Below, piece by piece: positions 18,085 to 26,638 of a stretch of DNA of 55,875 nt; within the stretch, counting starts at the first letter, position 1; each line of letters opens with the position of its first letter. This DNA is from Nanobdellota archaeon. GTDB lineage: Archaea; Nanobdellota; Nanobdellia; Woesearchaeales; GW2011-AR4. The notes below the pieces were generated by a model. That model worked only from the letters and a program-made list of their open reading frames with translations, was not told where the DNA came from and ran no database searches. Made by a program: the position numbers and the translations under genes. The stretch covers positions 1 through 55,875 of the forward strand of contig JBBSWH010000002.1 in assembly GCA_038046385.1 (NCBI GenBank). The letters are read 5' to 3'.

Positions 18085-19056
18085 ATGCAGAAAAATATCA
18101 AGCTAATATCAGGAACCGCAAACAAGCCGCTTGCCGAGGAAATAGCAAAGCTGCTGAAGATACCTTTGACAGTTGTAGACACAAGAAAGTTTCAGGATGG
18201 GGAGATATACTGCAGAGTCCTTGAAAGCGTCAGAGGCTGCGATGTTTACATAATACAGCCAACATCAAGTCCTGCAAATGATAACCTTATGGAGCTTCTC
18301 ATAATGGTAGATGCCATCAAAAGGTCTTCTCCTGACAGCATAACTGCCATAGTGCCATATTACGGCTACTGCAGGCAGGATAAAAAGACAAAGCCGAGGG
18401 AGCCGATAACTGCAAAGCTTGTTGCAAATATGATGGAAATTGCAGGAATCAAAAGGGTCGTTTTCTTTGACCTTCACGTTGCCCAGGTCCAGGGATTTTT
18501 TGATATACCTACGGACAATCTTGATGTAATTCCGTTATTCTGCGATTACATATTAAGCAAAAAAGCAAAAGAAATAGTTCTTGTAAGCCCGGATGCAGGG
18601 GGAGCAGCACGAGTTAGGACGTTTGCAAAAGTGCTTAACGTCCCAATAGCTATAGTTGACAAGAGAAGGCCTGAAGCAAATGTCGCAAAAGTTGAAAATG
18701 TAATAGGAGATGTAAAAGGAAAAACTGCGTTCATGATTGATGATATAATAGACACGGCAGGGTCAATAACAGAAGCTGCAAAAATACTCAAACAGTTCGG
18801 AGCAAAGGAAGTTTATGCGCTTGCAACGCACGGAGTTTTATCCGGGCCTGCAATTGAAAGGATTCAAAATTCAGAAATAAAAGAGATTGTCGTCACAAAC
18901 ACCATAGCAATTCCAGACGAGAAAAGGATAAGCAAACTTAAAATTATATCAATAGCGCCTTTGCTGGCAGAAACAGTTAAAAGAACTCACGAAGGGCTCC
19001 CAATGGGAGTTGTATATGAAGAAATGTACGCTAAACTAAAGAAAAAGTATAAGTGA
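18085..19056 (+). CDS. prs: Ribose-phosphate pyrophosphokinase
   Basis: FQDGE, PYYGYCRQD, DLH, VSPDAGG, IDDIIDTAGS motifs. Confidence 0.96.
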   Translation: MQKNIKLISGTANKPLAEEIAKLLKIPLTVVDTRKFQDGEIYCRVLESVRGCDVYIIQPTSSPANDNLMELLIMVDAIKRSSPDSITAIVPYYGYCRQDKKTKPREPITAKLVANMMEIAGIKRVVFFDLHVAQVQGFFDIPTDNLDVIPLFCDYILSKKAKEIVLVSPDAGGAARVRTFAKVLNVPIAIVDKRRPEANVAKVENVIGDVKGKTAFMIDDIIDTAGSITEAAKILKQFGAKEVYALATHGVLSGPAIERIQNSEIKEIVVTNTIAIPDEKRISKLKIISIAPLLAETVKRTHEGLPMGVVYEEMYAKLKKKYK

Positions 19057-19484
19057 TTACAATGGAAACAAACGAAAAAAAAGCACAGGAAATTTACATG
19101 GAATACCAAATGCTCGAGCAGGGCATAAAGCAGCTGCAAAAACAGCTAGAGATGGTGACACAGCAAATAATGGAAGTTGCATCAACAAGCAGCAGCCTTG
19201 AAGAGCTCAAAAAAGTAAAGGAAGGCACAGAGATACTTGTCCCTGTAAGCTCCGGAATATTTGCAAGGGCTTCGATAAAAGATGCATCAGAACTGCTTGT
19301 CAACGTAGGATCAGGCGTTGTTGTTAAGAAAACTATTGAAGACGCAAAAAAACTGCTTGAAGGCCAAGTTGATGAAATGAGAAAAGTACAGAAACATATG
19401 GTTGACGAGCTGGAAAAGATGGCAGGAAAAGCAGAATCGCTGGAGAAGCAGCTGCAGAGCATGATGCCGCAACAGGCTGAATAA
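19053..19484 (+). CDS. pfdA: Prefoldin alpha subunit
   Basis: Coiled coils flanking ILVPVSSGIF..LLVNVGSGVVVKKT; start may be ATG 19062. Confidence 0.92.
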   Translation: MITMETNEKKAQEIYMEYQMLEQGIKQLQKQLEMVTQQIMEVASTSSSLEELKKVKEGTEILVPVSSGIFARASIKDASELLVNVGSGVVVKKTIEDAKKLLEGQVDEMRKVQKHMVDELEKMAGKAESLEKQLQSMMPQQAE

Positions 19485-19498
19485 AGAAAACTGATAAA

Positions 19499-20965
19499 AT
19501 GTTTAAGTTTCTAAAAGACAAGCTGAAAGGCGCAATATCAAAGATTTCTGAAGGCGTTGAAAAAGAAGGAAAGATAGAAGAAAAAGAAGTAGAAATTTCT
19601 CCGGAGCCTGAAGTTAAAGAAGAGAAAAAAGAAAGCAAAGGATTTTTTGCAAAGATAAAAGAAACCTTCACAGGAAAAAAAGAAGAGGAAACTCCAAAAG
19701 AAATTGTCGTTGAGAAAAAGATAGAAAAAGAGATTAAAAAGAAAGAAGAAAAAAGTGATGTTAAAGAAAAAAAGCCTGAAGTTTCTCACAAAAAATTAGA
19801 ACATGAAAAGCCAAAAGTTGCTGAGCATAAAAAAGAAGAAAAAATTGCTGATGAAAAAAAACATGAAATAAAAAAAACAGAAGAAAAAAAAGAAGAAATT
19901 ACTCAAATAAAAGAAATAAAACAAGAAGCTAAAATTCCAGATGTCAAAATAGAAAAAACTTTTCCAAAAATAGAAGCTAAAAAAGAAGAAATCAAAATAA
20001 AAGAAACAAAAACAGCAGAAATTCCAAAAAAGCATATTGAAGAAAAAAAAGAAATAGAAATTCAAAAACCTGTCGAGGAAAAGAAAGGCTTCTTTGAATC
20101 GATTAAAGAAAAAATAATAACAACAAAGATAGACAATGCGCAGTTCGAGAAATTATTCTGGGAGATGGAGCTTGCGCTGATGGAAAACAGCGTCGCTGTT
20201 GAAGTAATTGAAAAAATAAAGCACGATTTGAAGAAAGAGCTCGTCGACAAGCCGATAAGAAGAAATAAAGTAGAGGAAACTGTCGAGTCGACATTAAAAA
20301 GTTCAATAGAAAGCCTGTTTGAAAACAGCAAAATAAATCTTCTTGAAGAGATAAAAAACAAAAAAGAAAAGCCCTATATAATAGCATTCTTCGGAATAAA
20401 CGGCTCCGGAAAGACGACAAGCATTGCAAAGCTTGCAAACATGCTGATGTCAAAAAATATTTCATGCGTGATGGCTGCGTCTGACACTTTCAGGGCTGCT
20501 TCAATAGAACAGCTGCAGGTGCACGCTGACAAGATAGGAATAAAGCTGATTAAGCACGATTATGGCGCAGATCCTGCTGCAGTTGCATTTGACGCGATAA
20601 AGCACGCAATGGCAAAAGATATCGATGTTGTTTTGATTGACACTGCAGGAAGAATGCACAGCAACAAGAATCTCATAGATGAGATGAAAAAAATAGCGCG
20701 TGTTGCAAAGCCAGATATCAAAATATTCGTGGGAGAAAGTATAACAGGAAACGACTGCGTTGAGCAGGCCAAGACATTCAACGAAGCTGTCGGAATTGAC
20801 GGGATTATACTTGCAAAAGCAGATATCGACGAGAAAGGCGGCGCGGCAATCTCTGTTTCTTACGTAACAAAGAAGCCAATATTATACCTTGGAACCGGAC
20901 AGGAATACAAAGATCTGGAGTTATTCGACAAGAAAAAGATAATTAAAAGTATTGGGCTGGATTAA
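19499..20965 (+). CDS. ftsY: SRP receptor FtsY with long K/E-rich N-terminus
   Basis: GINGSGKTT, DTFRAAS, DTAGR, KGGAAIS and GTGQ motifs. Confidence 0.96.
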   Translation: MFKFLKDKLKGAISKISEGVEKEGKIEEKEVEISPEPEVKEEKKESKGFFAKIKETFTGKKEEETPKEIVVEKKIEKEIKKKEEKSDVKEKKPEVSHKKLEHEKPKVAEHKKEEKIADEKKHEIKKTEEKKEEITQIKEIKQEAKIPDVKIEKTFPKIEAKKEEIKIKETKTAEIPKKHIEEKKEIEIQKPVEEKKGFFESIKEKIITTKIDNAQFEKLFWEMELALMENSVAVEVIEKIKHDLKKELVDKPIRRNKVEETVESTLKSSIESLFENSKINLLEEIKNKKEKPYIIAFFGINGSGKTTSIAKLANMLMSKNISCVMAASDTFRAASIEQLQVHADKIGIKLIKHDYGADPAAVAFDAIKHAMAKDIDVVLIDTAGRMHSNKNLIDEMKKIARVAKPDIKIFVGESITGNDCVEQAKTFNEAVGIDGIILAKADIDEKGGAAISVSYVTKKPILYLGTGQEYKDLELFDKKKIIKSIGLD

Positions 20966-20970
20966 TTTTT

Positions 20971-22392
20971 TTAATATCCTTTATCCCTTAGCCTTTGCTG
21001 AGCATATTTTAAAACACGTTCGTCAAAACCGAAGTTTAAAGCAACGGTTATCGCGTATCTATAATCTCTCAAAGGCCCTGTTTCTTTTATATGGGGAAAT
21101 GTCACTAGCCTTCTTATGTTTGGAGAGAGTTCTCTTTTAAATGAAAAGTGATTAAACTGCACTCCTTGCTCAGCTTCAAGCGCCGAGTGCAGATTGGGAT
21201 AATGGCTTGAGATTATAAGTTTTGAATTTCCCTGATCAATTATGCTCCTTATCAGCCCGTAAGTCAGCGCTTCTCCGCCTTTTCTTTCTGTTGACGTGAA
21301 CGTTTCATCCATTGCGATAAGCCAGTATGAGCCTTCTGGAGGAGTGCATTCGTTTACGCTGTTGCAGTCTTGGCTAAACGCAGCCATTGAATCCCCTGTG
21401 CCTTTTTCCCTGAATATTATTCTGTCAAAAACAGAGATTCTTGCAGAATCGGCAGGGATCCACATTCCGCTTAAAGCCATGCTAGCAATATAAATTGCTT
21501 TCTTTAAATCAAATGTCTTTCCTGAGCTGTTTGGGCCTTCAAGCACTTCAACAGAAACAGTCGAGTCAAGCGAAGTGTCATTCCCTATTAAATTTGAGCC
21601 ATGGTATTTTTCCCATCTCCCATTCTTTATCACAAAACACCTTTCTTCTCTTGGAACAACCTCCGGTCTCACATATTTATTCTCCCTTGCAATTTTCGCA
21701 AGCTCATAGAAAAGCGCTGCTTGCTGATAGAAAGGTGTGTCAATTTCCGTTACATCCGCAAACGCCATTAATTTTTCTGTGTCAATTGCATCTTTTAAGT
21801 CTTCATAAGTTAATCTGTCATTAAATGGCGGTCTTCCGCCGCTATTCCTCTGCTCTTCTATTTTTCTTTTCCTGATTCCAGATATCTGTTCGCTTAAAGA
21901 TTTCAGATATTCTAAAAACTGGCCCAGTCTTGACCCTTGATTACCAGATATAAAAGAACCGTATTCTGCAGCAATTCCTTCTAAAGTTTTTGTCTTGAAG
22001 TTTGTGCCCAGGCTGTCCGGCAGTTTCTGATCTGGAGTGCATACTGCAATTGCCTCTAATAAATTATTTACATAGTCATATGTAAATAACCCGTCTACTT
22101 TAAGGGAGCTATATTTTGCAGCGGCTTTGAAGAGTTTCCCGTAATCAGCTCCAAGTGCATGAGACATTACTTCAATATTTTTGTATAGCTCATTGTCTTC
22201 AACCAGCTGCCCTATCGTATCGAGCCTGTCATTTATCTGGGTTAAATCTGTAATTGGAGTCTGAATGAATTCCCTTACACTGCCCCTATTCCTCACATGC
22301 AAATCAAAAAGCGTATTTTGAAGGGAATCTTTGCTGTTAAAAACAATGGCTCTTGTTCTTTCATCAAGAGTTTCTGGTTTTGATGTGCTCAT
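20971..22392 (-). CDS. MutS-family ATPase (core + domain V only), short paralog
   Basis: PITDLTQINDRLD, GPNSSGKT, AMDETFTST, SSHY and C-terminal HTH-like segment. Confidence 0.85.
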   Translation of the reverse strand: MSTSKPETLDERTRAIVFNSKDSLQNTLFDLHVRNRGSVREFIQTPITDLTQINDRLDTIGQLVEDNELYKNIEVMSHALGADYGKLFKAAAKYSSLKVDGLFTYDYVNNLLEAIAVCTPDQKLPDSLGTNFKTKTLEGIAAEYGSFISGNQGSRLGQFLEYLKSLSEQISGIRKRKIEEQRNSGGRPPFNDRLTYEDLKDAIDTEKLMAFADVTEIDTPFYQQAALFYELAKIARENKYVRPEVVPREERCFVIKNGRWEKYHGSNLIGNDTSLDSTVSVEVLEGPNSSGKTFDLKKAIYIASMALSGMWIPADSARISVFDRIIFREKGTGDSMAAFSQDCNSVNECTPPEGSYWLIAMDETFTSTERKGGEALTYGLIRSIIDQGNSKLIISSHYPNLHSALEAEQGVQFNHFSFKRELSPNIRRLVTFPHIKETGPLRDYRYAITVALNFGFDERVLKYAQQRLRDKGY

Positions 22393-24725
22393 TTTTGCAC
22401 CCTTCCCAAATATTCTTTTGCATGGCGCAAGATAGCTTGTGAAAGTCCTTGGCCTTCTGCAACAGCAAGCGCATAGTCCATTTCAGTATTGGGCCCTTGC
22501 TTTTTTATGTGAGAGAAAACCAATCCTTGTTTTCCTCTTTCAAATTCAAAATGAGAAAATGTTACTCCGCTTATTCTTTTGTCTCGCAGCATCTCCTGAA
22601 GCGAGGGGTAATGGCTAGTTATTATTGCCCTGATTCTTGGGTCCTTGCTCAATTTCCTTATAAGACCATAAGTCAATGCCTCTCCCTCAAAATAATTTGT
22701 AGATGTAAATGTTTCATCCATTCCTATAAGCAATGAAGTTCCTGCTCCGTTGAGGGCGCTTTGTATGTCTCCAAGTTCCTGAGTCAGTGCGCCGTAGTCA
22801 ACGCCAGTGCTCTTAAGCCTGAAGCGTACCCTGTCAAAAAAAGAAACTCTTGCTGATTCTGCAGGAACATAATTACCTGTAAGGGCAGCAACAGCGATAA
22901 AAAAGTCTTTTCTTATATCGACAGTTTTTCCGCCGAGGTTTGTGCCGTCTTTTATCTCCACCCTCCTATCCGAATCAAGTCTTGTGTCGTTCCTTACTAT
23001 TGTTTGGGCATTGATAAGAGGGTACCATCCATTCCTTATATCGAGGATTCCTTCTGATGCCGGCAATATTTCCGGCCTTGTCCATCCTTCTTGTTTTATG
23101 AAGTCAACAAGCGCAATGTAAGCAGCCAATTTTGAGCCTGAGTAGTCAAGATAATTGTGATGCTTGTCTGACCTGGCAACAGGGGTCTGATCAAAAAATC
23201 TTCCCAACAATTCCGACAGGTCTTTTGGCTTTATCCCGTCTAGCCTGATTAGTTTTTTGGGGCCTGTGCTTTTTTTAAGCGCTTCCCGGATTTGGTCTTC
23301 TGGTATATTTTCATCATCAGGCTGATAGCCCATTTTTTGCAGCAAAGAAGACAAATGGTCAAAATTCGTCACGCCATAACCATCTTCTTCATCTTCTCCT
23401 TCCCTCGGGGAAAATTCTATAAGGGTGCTGTAGCTCTCCAATTCTTCCAATCTTTTTGCGCCGGATTTTTTTAGCTCAGCTTCAAAAATTCCTTTGAGTT
23501 CTGAGAAATCTCTGGGTTTTGAGTCTACAACGCTCTTGAGAAATGAATAAGAATAATGGAAATTTCCGCCTTCCTCTGCCATCTCCCTTAATGGCTCGAG
23601 CAGTACTTGCATTTCCCTTGAATTGGAACTTATTGCGCTTAATGACGCTGAAAATGTTTCATATTGCGTTACAAACTGTCCGGCAATTCTCATAAAATCC
23701 GCGTAGAAATATTTTTTGTGGATTGCATCACCCCACTTTGACCTTAGTGTGTTGGCTGAAATCAGCTTTGACATAGATGAAAGATGTATATATGGTTCAA
23801 TCATCTGGTTTATTGAGCGTGACAAATCTCTGACATGCCCGTAGTGTTCAGCTCCTTCAACCAGCTCTGCATACAATCTTTGCCTGTCTAAAACTTCGTC
23901 TATTGAATTTAATGGAACAAGCCATAAGCTCTCGTACATCTTTTCTATTTGTTTTATTTTTATTTTTCCCATGTCCTCGAGATGTTTGTTTCCTGTGAAT
24001 CTGTAACCATGCTGCCTGCCCCCCATCCAATAAAAATTGACAGGAATCTCAAAATTTCCTGGAGGCGCCCTGTTTCTTCCGAAATATTTAGGCCTTCCAA
24101 CCAATCTTTCAGGCATCTGCACCGTTATTGTGGATCTTCGTACAGGATTTATGTGCGCATCTCTGTTAGGTCTTAAATTCAAATAAAAAGTTCTATCGAG
24201 GAGAGAATATCCACGAAATTGTCTTTCAAAAGACCGGTCATTTTCTGTTTTCATATTAAAGACTTGATCTATTGTGATCTGGTCTATTCTTGGCTGCAGA
24301 GATTGCCTTTCGTCGCCCCTTAAACCAGAAAAATCAACAAGAATTCTCAAATAGTTGGCATTCGGGTCTGCGGGAGTTCTTAGGCTTAGATTAGCGGCGC
24401 TTGTGTCCTCAAGTAATGCAACTATAGAGCCTGGATTTTTACGCTGTGTTTCTGCTAAAAAATGTTCTGGAACTACAAAAAGATCTGGTGTTTTTGCTGA
24501 CTTTTCTGTAGTGGGTTTAGATAACCAATAACCGCCTAAATCAATGTCCCGTACTTCTTCATGGTCAAACTCCGTTTTTTTGTGTGTGTTTATTGGCTTT
24601 CCTTTTTCATCCAAAATAATAACGCTTAATCCAAGGTGGAGTGCCTCATCTAAAGTTATCAGAGTATTAAAGCCCGGAGTTACATCTCTTAGCCTTTCGA
24701 CAAGATTTAAGCCACCCATTACCAT
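22389..24725 (-). CDS. MutS-family ATPase with unknown N-terminal domain, long paralog
   Basis: PLNSIDEVLDRQ, GWYPL, GTNLGGKT, GMDETFTST, TSHY, YALAVAE; 4-bp overlap with the partner gene. Confidence 0.85.
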   Translation of the reverse strand: MVMGGLNLVERLRDVTPGFNTLITLDEALHLGLSVIILDEKGKPINTHKKTEFDHEEVRDIDLGGYWLSKPTTEKSAKTPDLFVVPEHFLAETQRKNPGSIVALLEDTSAANLSLRTPADPNANYLRILVDFSGLRGDERQSLQPRIDQITIDQVFNMKTENDRSFERQFRGYSLLDRTFYLNLRPNRDAHINPVRRSTITVQMPERLVGRPKYFGRNRAPPGNFEIPVNFYWMGGRQHGYRFTGNKHLEDMGKIKIKQIEKMYESLWLVPLNSIDEVLDRQRLYAELVEGAEHYGHVRDLSRSINQMIEPYIHLSSMSKLISANTLRSKWGDAIHKKYFYADFMRIAGQFVTQYETFSASLSAISSNSREMQVLLEPLREMAEEGGNFHYSYSFLKSVVDSKPRDFSELKGIFEAELKKSGAKRLEELESYSTLIEFSPREGEDEEDGYGVTNFDHLSSLLQKMGYQPDDENIPEDQIREALKKSTGPKKLIRLDGIKPKDLSELLGRFFDQTPVARSDKHHNYLDYSGSKLAAYIALVDFIKQEGWTRPEILPASEGILDIRNGWYPLINAQTIVRNDTRLDSDRRVEIKDGTNLGGKTVDIRKDFFIAVAALTGNYVPAESARVSFFDRVRFRLKSTGVDYGALTQELGDIQSALNGAGTSLLIGMDETFTSTNYFEGEALTYGLIRKLSKDPRIRAIITSHYPSLQEMLRDKRISGVTFSHFEFERGKQGLVFSHIKKQGPNTEMDYALAVAEGQGLSQAILRHAKEYLGRVQK

Positions 24726-24758
24726 TATGGAGTAGAGAACTATTTAAAAACCTGATGG

Positions 24759-25421
24759 TTAGTAAAACTCAATCTTCCCATCAAGATAAATCCCCTTGTG
24801 CAGTGTAACTGGCCTCCACTCGTCAAAAACAAGCTCTGCATCAAGCCATTCTGCAAGCTCTTCTGCATTCCCGATTGTTGCCGATAATCCGATAATCTGC
24901 GCATTCTTGATTACCTGCTTTAGTATTGTGAGCAAAATCTCAAGAGTTGGACCGCGTTCCGTGTCATTCAAAAGATGAATTTCATCGACAATGACTGTTT
25001 TTATGTTAGAAATCCAGAAAGCATTATGCCTCAATAATGAGTCAAATTTCTCAGATGTTGTCACAATCATATCATAATCTGCAAGATAGGGGTCTGATGA
25101 ATCAATGTCTCCTATTGTAAGGGCGACTTTTGCAACGCCTTCATACCTTTTCTTGAAGTGCCTGTATTTTTCAGATGCCAGTGCTTTCAAAGGGGCAATA
25201 TACACGGCTTTTCCTTTGCCTTCAATTATTGATTTTAAAGCAGCCAATTCCGCTATAAGCGTCTTTCCTGATGCTGTAGGCGTGCAGACCAGCAGATTTT
25301 TTCCGTCAAGAAGCCCTTGTTTGATTGACTTCTCCTGCGCAGGCCTTAATTCTGTTAAATCTTTTGCAAGTATAGTGTAAAGCTGCTCTGGAATCTGATT
25401 TTTTATATAATCTAGCTTCAT
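24759..25421 (-). CDS. Hel308/Ski2-like helicase RecA1 domain only (220 aa)
   Basis: Q motif, PTASGKT, APLKALA, DEIH, SAT and WRPV, then stop; no motifs IV-VI. Confidence 0.85.
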   Translation of the reverse strand: MKLDYIKNQIPEQLYTILAKDLTELRPAQEKSIKQGLLDGKNLLVCTPTASGKTLIAELAALKSIIEGKGKAVYIAPLKALASEKYRHFKKRYEGVAKVALTIGDIDSSDPYLADYDMIVTTSEKFDSLLRHNAFWISNIKTVIVDEIHLLNDTERGPTLEILLTILKQVIKNAQIIGLSATIGNAEELAEWLDAELVFDEWRPVTLHKGIYLDGKIEFY

Positions 25422-25473
25422 GCTGTTTATTGTTTTCCTGATGTTTTTAAAGTTTGTGATAGCATAATTAGTA

Positions 25474-25600
25474 GTGCAATAAATAGGCGAGCTGGTTATG
25501 GTGCCAGCGAGCACTAGAGTTTGTGCGAAGCCATGAAAAATTCCAAAAGAATTTTTGTGGCACCAAAAATGCAAAGCATTTTTTAGTGCACGGAAAAATA
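25474..25600 (+). repeat. GCGAGC-hairpin element copy A with nested palindromic inserts
   Basis: GGCGAGCTGGTTATGGTGCCAGCGAGCACTA..TTTGT..ACGGAAAAATAA; reverse complement of 35.6 and 42.4 kb copies. Confidence 0.85.
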
Positions 25601-25686
25601 ACAAAAATCAATAATAACTCAGATTATTAATATTAATCATCTTCAAATTCAAAAGCTTTAAATAACCAAATCCCAAAAAACAGATT

Positions 25687-26625
25687 ATGGGAATAATAAG
25701 AAAAGATTATGTTCTTGACCGATGGGTATATTATGCGACTGGCCGGAAGAAAAGGCCGCAGGAGTTCAAAAAAGAGCCTCCAAAAACCAGTGTAAAAACA
25801 TGCGTATTCTGCCCAAAAAATGAAAATTTGACCCCGGTAGAAATTGGAAGAATAGAATACAAAAACAGCTGGAAAATGCGCTGGTTTCTAAACAAGTTCG
25901 CTGCAGTTGAGAAAAAAGGGAACCCGAATTTCAAATCAAAAGGATTGCTGAAAGAATCCAACGCTTATGGGATACATGAAATCGTTGTCGAGACGCAGCA
26001 GCACAAGACAGAGCTTTCACAATTACCTGTTGATAACATAGAAGACCTTTTTGAAGTGTTCAAGGTAAGAATAAAGGACTTGAGCAAGCTGAAAGGCATA
26101 AGATATGTTGATGTTTTCAAAAACAGCGGGAAAGATGCAGGAACATCATTGGTTCACAGCCATTCGCAGATTGTCGCCCTTAATAATGTTCCATCATTGG
26201 TCATGCAGGAATGCAAAGCATCTGTAAAAAGCAAAAAATGCCTGTACTGCAGCATAATAAAAAAGGAAGCAAAGTCCAAAAGAAAGATTTTCGAAACAAA
26301 AAATGTTGTTGCATTCGCTCCGTTTGCATCGCGCTTCAACTTTGAAGCGTGGATTTTCCCGAAAAGCCACAAGAGGAATCTTGAAGAGATGGAAGAGTAT
26401 GAAATTCGAGATATGGCAATTGCGATGAAAAAAATACTGTCAAAATTAAAATCAATAAACTCTTCGTACAATTTCTTCCTGCACTATTCTCCTGAAAAAG
26501 AGAATTTGCATTTCCACATCGAGATAACGCCGAGAATGGCAAACTGGGGCGGATTCGAAATATCAACAGACGCAATAATAAATTCCGTTCTTCCGGAAGA
26601 TGCAGCAAAGTTTTACAGAAGCTAA
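25687..26625 (+). CDS. galT: Galactose-1-phosphate uridylyltransferase (GalT/HIT family)
   Basis: CVFCP, GIHEIVVET, AGTSLVHSHSQ, HFHIEITPR, GGFE. Confidence 0.9.
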   Translation: MGIIRKDYVLDRWVYYATGRKKRPQEFKKEPPKTSVKTCVFCPKNENLTPVEIGRIEYKNSWKMRWFLNKFAAVEKKGNPNFKSKGLLKESNAYGIHEIVVETQQHKTELSQLPVDNIEDLFEVFKVRIKDLSKLKGIRYVDVFKNSGKDAGTSLVHSHSQIVALNNVPSLVMQECKASVKSKKCLYCSIIKKEAKSKRKIFETKNVVAFAPFASRFNFEAWIFPKSHKRNLEEMEEYEIRDMAIAMKKILSKLKSINSSYNFFLHYSPEKENLHFHIEITPRMANWGGFEISTDAIINSVLPEDAAKFYRS

Positions 26626-26638
26626 AATTAATAATTAA

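Noticed and set aside
19538-20465. Phe-rich minus-strand ORFs
   Set aside because: Shadows of the A-rich K/E low-complexity region of ftsY.
21690-21720. FYE in the short MutS as the mismatch-binding Phe-x-Glu motif
   Set aside because: It lies just before the ATPase domain, not in an N-terminal domain I.
24726-24760. Stranded ftsY 3' end after the MutS pair
   Set aside because: Only a 3-residue ELF match; not distinguishable from chance.
25422-25604. N-terminal extension of the helicase ORF
   Set aside because: Translates the hairpin element; ATG 25421 with an upstream TATA-like element is the better start.
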